A stretch of 17,648 nucleotides of DNA from an uncultured Gemmatimonadaceae bacterium (GTDB lineage: Bacteria > Gemmatimonadota > Gemmatimonadetes > Gemmatimonadales > Gemmatimonadaceae), in assembly GCA_963822945.1 (NCBI GenBank), contig CAWGJO010000029.1, forward strand, positions 1-17,648, in the 5' to 3' direction. The translations under genes were made by a program, and so were the position numbers. Positions within the stretch are counted from its first letter, which is position 1. Every line of letters starts with the position of its first letter. The notes under the pieces were generated by a model. That model saw only the letters and a program-made list of their open reading frames with translations, was not told the origin of the DNA and searched no databases. Positions 1-6,820 of the stretch are shown one piece after another.

Positions 1-162
1 GCAACCGGACGCGAGTTCGACGTGATCCGCACGTTGAGCGGCACCCGGGGCGTGCTCGCCCCCGACCGCATCACCGACCTGATCACCTGGGCGCGCACGG
101 TGTCCACCGACGACGCCAAGTTCGTGCTCATCCAGCACGCGGGGGCGGGCACGCACCACTGA
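1..162 (+). CDS. 3' end of a hypothetical protein (truncated by window edge)
   Basis: Frame +1 is open from base 1 to TGA at 160-162 (ATGREFDVIRTLSGTRGVLAPDRITDLITWARTVSTDDAKFVLIQHAGAGTHH*) with GC-rich third positions. It converges on the permease stop at 176-178. Confidence 0.7.
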   Translation, partial: ATGREFDVIRTLSGTRGVLAPDRITDLITWARTVSTDDAKFVLIQHAGAGTHH

Positions 163-175
163 GGCGCCCGCCGGA

Positions 176-941
176 TCAATCGGTGCGCCGCACCGCCAGG
201 CTGATGAAGAACACCGACGCCGCGGTCGACGATCGTCACCGGCCCTGTGGCCAGCCCCAGGGCCGGCGCGACCACCGCGCCCACGAGCGTGGACACGACC
301 GCGATGCACACCGACAGCAGCTGCATGCCGCCGAGGCTGCGCGCCAACTGCTTGGCGGTGGCGGCCGGGATGATGATCAGCGAGCCCATGAGCAGCACGC
401 CCAGGTAGCGCAGGCCCAGCGCCACGGTCAGCGCGAAGGCGAACAGGAAGAGCAGATTCACGCGGGCCACGTTCACACCCGCCGTGCCGGCCAGGTCGGG
501 CGAGACGAGCGCGATCACGAGTTCGCTCCGCTTCCACAACATGAATCCGATCACGAGCACCGCCCCCACGCCGCCGAGCACGAGTTCGGTGTGGCCCACG
601 GCCTGCGGCCCGCCGAACAGTGCGTCGATCAACTCCTCGCCCGACGCCATCATGCTGCCGATGGCGAGCGCCGCCGAGAAGACGACGCCGATGATGGCCT
701 CGGTGGGAATCCGGGTCTGTCGTTCCACCGCCCAGACCAGCAGCGTGCCGACGAAGAGCGCCGCCAGCGCGCCGAGCACGGGGTTGAACCGCAGCAGGAT
801 GGCCAGCCCGATGCCCGGCAGCGCGATGTGCGAGATCGCGTCGGACGCCAGCGTCATGCGGCGCATCACCGCCACGGCGCCGACCAGCCCGGCCGCGACC
901 GCCATGCCGAGCGGCAGCAGCAGTTCGCTAGGAGTCGGCAT
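176..941 (-). CDS. Metal (Zn/Mn) ABC transporter permease, ZnuB/MntB (ABC-3) family, with an apparent 1-bp frameshift near 227
   Basis: Manual translation from ATG 941 gives MPTPSELLLPLGMAVAAGLVGAVAVMRRMTLASDAISHIALPGIGLAILL...EAIIGVVFSAALAIG...LGVLLMGSLIIIPAATAKQLARSL...GPVTIV. The 'DAISH.ALPG' and 'L.IIPAATA' motifs are typical of this family. The terminal TM helix (TAASVFFISLAVRRTD*, TGA 176-178) lies in the adjacent frame, so the gene is absent from the ORF track. Confidence 0.88.
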
Positions 942-1638
942 GGCCGTGCTCGTGATCGTGGAACTTGACCTGCGCGCCATACATCATCTGCAGCCGCTCG
1001 GTGGTCAGGACTTCCAGCGGCGGCCCGAAGCACGACAGCCGGCTCGACAGGCAGAGCACGTTGTCGGCGTAGCGATAGACCAGATTCAGCTCGTGCGAGA
1101 TGAGCAGGAGCGTGAACCCGCGCTCACGCTGCAGTTGGCGGAAGAGCGCGTAGATGCTCTCCTCCCCCGGCTGGTCCACCCCGGCGGTCGGCTCGTCGAA
1201 CAGCAGCACCGACGGGCGCCCCATGAGGGCGAAGGCGACGAGCAGCCGCTGGAACTGTCCGCCCGAGAGCGTGCCGATGGGCCGGTGCGCGATCTCCTGC
1301 GGCAGGCTCACCGACTCGAGCGCCCGGGCAATCTCGTCGCGCGGGGTGTGCGTCACGTGCGCCTTGGCGTGCAGGAATTCGAGCCCGGTGAGCGGCAGGT
1401 CGCGCTCGATGTCGAGCTTCTGCGGCACGTAGCCGATCTTCGTGTTCGGCGCCCAGCGCACTTCGCCGTCGAAGTCCACGGTGCCGATGAGGGCGCGGAA
1501 GAGCACCGTCTTGCCCGATCCGTTGGGCCCGATGATGGCCAGCGTGCTGCCCGCTTCCACGGCAAAGGTCAGGTTCCGGAGAACCCGATCCCTGCCGAAG
1601 GTGACGGAGAGGTTCTTGACCTCGAGGGCGGTGGCCAT
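928..1638 (-). CDS. Metal (Zn/Mn) ABC transporter ATP-binding protein, ZnuC-like
   Basis: Walker A GPNGSGKT, Q-loop IGYVPQ, signature LSGGQFQR, Walker B LLFDEP, H-loop ISH, and a His-rich tail HDHEHGH. It overlaps the permease start by 14 nt. Confidence 0.93.
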   Translation of the reverse strand: MATALEVKNLSVTFGRDRVLRNLTFAVEAGSTLAIIGPNGSGKTVLFRALIGTVDFDGEVRWAPNTKIGYVPQKLDIERDLPLTGLEFLHAKAHVTHTPRDEIARALESVSLPQEIAHRPIGTLSGGQFQRLLVAFALMGRPSVLLFDEPTAGVDQPGEESIYALFRQLQRERGFTLLLISHELNLVYRYADNVLCLSSRLSCFGPPLEVLTTERLQMMYGAQVKFHDHEHGHADS

Positions 1639-1689
1639 GGGGTGTGAAGCTTACCCTCGCGGCCAACGCCGGGGAAGCGCCGGCGGCAA

Positions 1690-2505
1690 TCAGCCGTGGC
1701 CGGTGGAGAAGCCCGGGAAGAGCGTCATGCCGCCGTCCACGAACAGCGTGGTGCCGGTGATGTAGTCCGCCTCGTCCGAGGCCAGCCAGGCGGCCACGCG
1801 TCCGATGTCCGCCGGCTCGCCCACGCGGTCGTAGGGGATGAGCTTCAGCAGCTGCTGCTCCGCCGCCGGCGTGGCCCAGGCGGCGTGGTTGATCGGCGTC
1901 TTGATGGCGCCGGGCGCGATGTTGTTGACGCGAATCTTGTGGCGGGCGAGTTCCTGGGCCGTGCTCTCCATGAGCTGCATCATGCCGCCCTTGGAGGTGG
2001 CGTAGTTCACGTGCCCCGCCCACGGGATCACCTGATGCACCGAACTGGTGAAGATGATCTTGCCGGCGGCGCGCGACACGCCGTCGCGCAGGCCCTGTTT
2101 GACGAACGTCCGCGCGGCCTCGCGGGCGCAGAGGAAGCCGCCCGTGAGGTTGACGTCGAGCACGTGACGCCACTGGGCGAGCGTCATCTCGAGGAAGGGC
2201 GCGTCGTCCTGGAGGCCGGCGTTGCTGGCCACGATGTCGACCGTCCCGAATTCCTTCACGGCGCGGGCGAACATGGCCTGCACCTGTGCTTCGTCCGACA
2301 CGTCGGCCTGGACGGCAAGCGCCCGCCCGCCGGCGCTCCGGATGTCGGCGACGATGCGCTCGGCGGTCTCCGGATGGGTCACGTAGTTGACGACGACGGC
2401 GGCGCCGGCGGCCGCCATCGCGCGGGCGATGCCTTCGCCGATGCCGGAATTCGCCCCCGTGACGATGGCGGTCTGACGGTCGAGTGGAGCGGGTGACGTG
2501 GACAT
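1690..2505 (-). CDS. gdh: Glucose 1-dehydrogenase (classical SDR)
   Basis: TGANSGIG, VVVNY, NAG and catalytic YATSK motifs, plus the glucose-DH-typical SSVHQVIPW, IAPGAIKTPIN and YITGTTLFVDGGMTL. AGGAG RBS upstream. Confidence 0.85.
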   Translation of the reverse strand: MSTSPAPLDRQTAIVTGANSGIGEGIARAMAAAGAAVVVNYVTHPETAERIVADIRSAGGRALAVQADVSDEAQVQAMFARAVKEFGTVDIVASNAGLQDDAPFLEMTLAQWRHVLDVNLTGGFLCAREAARTFVKQGLRDGVSRAAGKIIFTSSVHQVIPWAGHVNYATSKGGMMQLMESTAQELARHKIRVNNIAPGAIKTPINHAAWATPAAEQQLLKLIPYDRVGEPADIGRVAAWLASDEADYITGTTLFVDGGMTLFPGFSTGHG

Positions 2506-2642
2506 GCGCGCGGTTCTCCTGGTTCGCGTGATGGACGCGGGGGGTCATGCATCCTTGAACGAAAGGGCCCGTTGGCGCAAGTTGCGGGCACAGCATTGTC
2601 CATCCCGCCGGCGTTCCCCCGCGTCGCTCTTCCGGTTCGCGC

Positions 2643-4517
2643 ATGACGACTCCCTCGCCAACGTCCGCGCCCGCCATCGGCGACTACGCGATCATCGGTG
2701 ATTGCCGCTCGGCGGCACTCGTGTCCCGCCACGGGTCCATCGAATGGCTCTGCTGGCCGCGCTTCGACAGCCCGTCGGTGTTCGCGGCGATGCTCGACCG
2801 CGACAAGGGCGGGTTCTTCTCGGTGGCCCCGGTGGGCGAGGCCACGGTATCGCGCCGGTACGTGGACAGCACGAACGTGCTGGAGACCACCTTCCGCACC
2901 GCCACCGGCGTGCTGCGGCTCACCGACCTGATGCCCGTAGCCTCGGAGGCGGACAAACGCCGCGAGTTGCTGCCGCAGCGGGAGATCCTGCGGCGGATGG
3001 AATGCACGGAGGGCGAGGTGGAGGTCGAGATCCAGTGCGACCCCCGCCCCGTATACGGCCGCGTGATCCCGCGCCTGCGATCGCGCGGCCCGCTCGGCAT
3101 CTGGTACGAGCACGGCGGACGCGCCCTCGTGCTCCGGTGCGACCTCCCCATCGAGTTGCCCGCCAACATGTCGGACGCGGGAGTGCGCGACACGATGCGG
3201 GCCGGCGATCGACACTACGTGAGCCTGATCGCGGCCACCGAGGAGCCGGCGGTCCTGCCGCCATTGGGCGGCCACGCCGAGTTCCGCATCCAGCGAACCA
3301 TTGACTGGTGGCGGAATTGGGCAGCGCAGTGCGCCTACGACGGCCCGTATCGCGACACCGTGTTGCGCAGCGCGCTGACGCTCAAGCTCATGGAATACGC
3401 GCCCTCCGGCGCGGTGGTCGCGGCTCCCACCACCTCGCTCCCGGAGAGCCTCGGCGGCGTACGCAACTGGGACTACCGCTACTGCTGGCTGCGCGACAGT
3501 TCGCTCACTCTGCAGGCGCTGTTCGACCTCGGCTATCATCTGGAGGGCGAGGCGTTCCTCTCGTGGTTGCTGCACACCACCAGCATGACGCTGCCCGAAT
3601 TGCAGGTGTTGTACGGCGTGTATGGCGAAACGCGTCTCAAGGAGCGCACGCTCGACAATCTCGCCGGGTTCGCCGGCTCGAGCCCCGTTCGTACCGGCAA
3701 CGATGCACACGGGCAGCTGCAGCTCGACATCTACGGCGAGGTGATCGATGCGGTGTACGCGTTCACCACACGCGGCGGGCGTCTGGACCGCGGCACCCGG
3801 CGCATGCTGGCCGGATTCGGCCGCACGGTCTGCGACCGGTGGATGGAGCCCGACGAGGGCATCTGGGAGCCGCGCGGCGGCCGCCGGCACAATACGTACT
3901 CGAAGGCGATGTGCTGGGTAGCGCTCGATCGCCTGTGCCGGCTGAACGACGAGGGGCACATCACCGTGCCCACGGCCCGCTACCGCCAGGTGCAGCGCGA
4001 GATCAGGCAGGCCGTGGAGTCCCGCGGCTTCAGCGTCGATACGGACAGCTACCTCTGCGCGCTGGACAGCGAGGGGGTGGATGCGGCCCTGCTCCTCCTG
4101 TCACGCTATGGCTACGCCGACGCAACCTCACCGAGGATGCGCGGCACCTACGCGCGGATTCGCCGGGACCTCGGCGTGGACGGACTGCTCTACCGCTACC
4201 GCGGCGACGACGACGGGCTCCCCGGACAGGAGGGCGCGTTCGGCATCTGCTCGTTCTGGGCGGTGTCCTATCTGGCCCAGGCCGGCGAGCACGAACAGGC
4301 TGCCGCCGCATTCGAGCACGTGCTCTCGTTCGCCAACGACCTCGGCCTGTTCGCCGAGGAAATCGATCCGCACGACGGCACCGCCCTCGGAAACTTTCCG
4401 CAGGCCTTCACCCACGTCGGTCTCATCGACGCCGCCCTCCAGCTCGCCCACGAGCGCGGCACCCACCCGCGGCCCAGCGGGGAGCGCCGCACCGACATCA
4501 CCACGGCCAGACTATGA
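2643..4517 (+). CDS. Glycoside hydrolase family 15 protein (trehalase/glucoamylase-like)
   Basis: N-terminal IGDYAIIGDCRSAALVS...WLCWPRFDSPSVF, then AAPTTSLPE, RNWDYRYCWLRD, QLDIYGE, PDEGIWE, FAEE and GNFPQAFTH. Confidence 0.93.
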   Translation: MTTPSPTSAPAIGDYAIIGDCRSAALVSRHGSIEWLCWPRFDSPSVFAAMLDRDKGGFFSVAPVGEATVSRRYVDSTNVLETTFRTATGVLRLTDLMPVASEADKRRELLPQREILRRMECTEGEVEVEIQCDPRPVYGRVIPRLRSRGPLGIWYEHGGRALVLRCDLPIELPANMSDAGVRDTMRAGDRHYVSLIAATEEPAVLPPLGGHAEFRIQRTIDWWRNWAAQCAYDGPYRDTVLRSALTLKLMEYAPSGAVVAAPTTSLPESLGGVRNWDYRYCWLRDSSLTLQALFDLGYHLEGEAFLSWLLHTTSMTLPELQVLYGVYGETRLKERTLDNLAGFAGSSPVRTGNDAHGQLQLDIYGEVIDAVYAFTTRGGRLDRGTRRMLAGFGRTVCDRWMEPDEGIWEPRGGRRHNTYSKAMCWVALDRLCRLNDEGHITVPTARYRQVQREIRQAVESRGFSVDTDSYLCALDSEGVDAALLLLSRYGYADATSPRMRGTYARIRRDLGVDGLLYRYRGDDDGLPGQEGAFGICSFWAVSYLAQAGEHEQAAAAFEHVLSFANDLGLFAEEIDPHDGTALGNFPQAFTHVGLIDAALQLAHERGTHPRPSGERRTDITTARL

Positions 4518-4993
4518 ACCTGCCCAGCATTCTCCTGTGGGGTTTCGTCGCCACCATCGTCATGTCCACGATCATGGAGGGAAGCCGGGGCATCGGGTGG
4601 TCTCGCATGAGCCTGTCGTTCATGCTCGGCACGATCTTCACCGCGAACTACGATCGCGCCGCGCCCATCGGCTTTCTGTTGTACGTGCTCATCGGCTGGC
4701 TCATCGCACTCCTCTACGCGCTGGTGTTCGAGAGTCTGGGACAGGCCACCTGGTGGCTGGGCGGCGCGATCGGCGTCGTGCACGGCATGGTGTTTCTCGT
4801 GCTGCTGATGCCGCTCCTCCCCGCCCTGCACCCGCGGATGGCCAGCGAACGCACCGGCCCCGATCCCACCCGCGCGCTGGAACCCCCGGGATTCCTGGCC
4901 CTCAACTACGGCAGCATGACGCCGGCGTTCACGATTCTCGGCCACGTCGCCTACGGCATGATTCTCGGCGGCTTCTACCGGTTGGCGTCCTGA
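4514..4993 (+). CDS. Hypothetical integral membrane protein (159 aa, about 4 TM)
   Basis: ATG at 4514 overlaps the GH15 stop (ATGA). Sequence MNLPSILLWGFVATIVMSTIM...GHVAYGMILGGFYRLAS*. This is the C-terminal part of track ORF 3308..4993, whose upstream portion is a shadow of GH15. Confidence 0.85.
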   Translation: MNLPSILLWGFVATIVMSTIMEGSRGIGWSRMSLSFMLGTIFTANYDRAAPIGFLLYVLIGWLIALLYALVFESLGQATWWLGGAIGVVHGMVFLVLLMPLLPALHPRMASERTGPDPTRALEPPGFLALNYGSMTPAFTILGHVAYGMILGGFYRLAS

Positions 4994-6653
4994 TCGTCGC
5001 CGGGTGCGGCGTCCGGCGCGGCCGCCGACTCGGCCGGTTCGGCGGCAGGGGGCGCACCTGCATCGGGAGCGGACGGCTCGGCGTCCGCCTCCTTTGACGG
5101 TGCACTGCGACCCAGGTTCGACAGCCGCGCGTCGATCGACGCCATGAGGGCGTCGTACGCCTCGGCCGACATCGTGCCGCGGTGGAAGTCGGCGAGCACG
5201 GCCTCCTTCTCGGCCAGCAGCACCTGCCGGCGCGCCCCGATGGCCTCCTCGGCGCGCAGATCGTCCTGCTCCAACTGCAGCGCCTCCAGCGCGGCCGCCG
5301 TTTCGCCCGCACGCGTCTCGTACTCCTCGCGCAGGTCGCGCAGCACCGCCGTGGGTGCCGAGTGCAGACGCTCCATGTGCGAGATCTCGCCGAGCGCCGC
5401 CTGCATCATGCGCAGCTCCCCACGCTTGAGCTGATACTGCTGGCGTGCCTCGTGCCGCTTGACCACCCCCAGCCGACGAAGCAGCGGGCCCATGCTGAGC
5501 CCCTGCACGAGAATCGAGAGCAGCACCACCCCGAAGGTCACGGTGATGAGCAGATCGCGCTGGGCGAGCATCGGAGGCAGCGCGAGCGCCAGCACCATCG
5601 AGAGACTGCCGCGCATGCCGCCCCAGGTGAGCACGGCGCTCCACGAGGTCGGCCAGACGTTGTTGCGGTTGGCGCGATTCAAGCCCGAGACGCCGAACAC
5701 GACGGCCGCCCGCGCCAGCGTCACCGCGGCGTAGGCGGCGAGGATCAACTCCCATGACGCCGCCAGCTCGCTGATGTGCACGCGCAGGCCCACGAGCAGG
5801 AAGACGATGGAGTTGAGCGCGAACGCGATGTATTCCCAGAAGGTCTCGGCGGCGATGCGCGTGGACGCCGACATGCCGGTGCGCGCCGCGTAGTTGCCGC
5901 ACAGCATGCCGGCCGACACCGTCGCGATGACCCCGAGAATCCCAGCTGCTCGGCGGCGAGGAACGAGCCGTAGGCGGCGATGGTGGTCAGCGTGATCTCG
6001 ATCATCGGATCGTCGATCTGCTTGATGACCTGCGAGATCCCGAGGCCGATGAGGACGCCGAGCGCCAGTCCCCCGCCGACGATCTTCACGAACTCCACGA
6101 CGATCCCCGCCGCCGTGCCGGTGCCCCCGGACACCATGTCGAGCACCAACGAGAACAGCACGATGGCCGTGCCGTCGTTGAGCAGGCTCTCGCCTTCCAT
6201 CAGGACGCCGAGCCGGCGCGGAGCCCCGAGGCTCTTGAACATCGCGACCACGGCGATCGGATCGGTGGCGGCGATGAGCGCGCCGAACACGATGGCGTGC
6301 GGCCAGCCGAATCCCTGTCCCAACTCGAGCGTCTTGATGATCGGTTCGAGAATGACCGCGGTGAGCCCGATGGCTGCCGCCACGCCGGGCACGGCGAGTG
6401 CGGCGATGGCCGTGCGATCGCGCCAGAAGTCGCGGAACTCCAGGTGGAAGGCGGCCTCGAACAGGAGACCCGGGAGGAACACCGAGTACAGGAGTTCCTT
6501 GGTCAGGTTGGGCGGCTCGAACAGGTGCACTATGCCGAGGACGAGGCCGGCGAGCACGAGGGCCACGGTGTATGGCAGGCGGAAGCGCCGGGCGCCGATG
6601 GCGACCGCTGTGGCGACGACGAACAGGAGGACGAAACTGGCTTCGGTGCCCAT
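4975..6653 (-). CDS. Na+/H+ antiporter, CPA1 (NhaP/NhaG-like) family, with an apparent 1-bp deletion at 5931-5934
   Basis: The N-half has LPYTVALVLAG, FLPGLLFEAA, ALIAATDPIAV and EGESLLNDG. The C-half has GVIATVSAG, FWEYIAFALNSIVFLLVG and WGGMRGSLSMVLALAL. Adding one G to GGGG joins them as FSGVIATV, giving 559 aa. Start chosen at ATG 6653 (MGTEASF). Confidence 0.88.
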
Positions 6654-6734
6654 GGGGGGTCTCGCCTTTCGGGATTCCCCCACAAGGTGGTGACTGGAGG
6701 CCGATGGGACCAGTGGGACCGAGAGGTTGACCCG

Positions 6735-6820
6735 GTGAGTCGGTGAATGCGTGCGGGGCCCCTCCCTTCACGCGCTCGCGCGCTCACTCGCTCACTGTCG
6801 CACTCCCTCGCTCTCTCACT
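6735..6820. repeat. Period-4 (C-N-C-T) tandem repeat with an inverted partial copy forming an imperfect hairpin
   Basis: 6769-6820 reads cacg cgct cgcg cgct cact cgct cact gtcg cact ccct cgct ctct cact. 6735-6753 is a 13/19 inverted match to 6769-6787. Confidence 0.6.

Noticed and set aside
928..1638. This ATPase as the partner of the ADOP permeases
   Set aside because: It has ZnuC-type features (GYVPQ, His tail) and overlaps its own ABC-3 permease. It is not a MacB/LolD-type ATPase.
183..1647. Long plus-strand ORFs 183..968 and 484..1647
   Set aside because: Antisense shadows of the metal ABC genes. They are Arg/His/Ala-rich with no motifs, as expected in high-GC DNA.
2572..2600. Sigma54-like TGGCGC..TTGC upstream of GH15
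   Set aside because: The spacing is 2 nt too short for GG-N10-GC.
3308..4513. 561-aa ORF 3308..4993 as a single protein
   Set aside because: The upstream 400 aa are an off-frame shadow of GH15. Only the part from ATG 4514 is protein-like.
6654..6771. Upstream antiporter starts at 6683 or 6771
   Set aside because: The extensions are not family-like, and 6771 is in the post-frameshift frame. The hydrophobic sequence begins at MGTEASF (6653).
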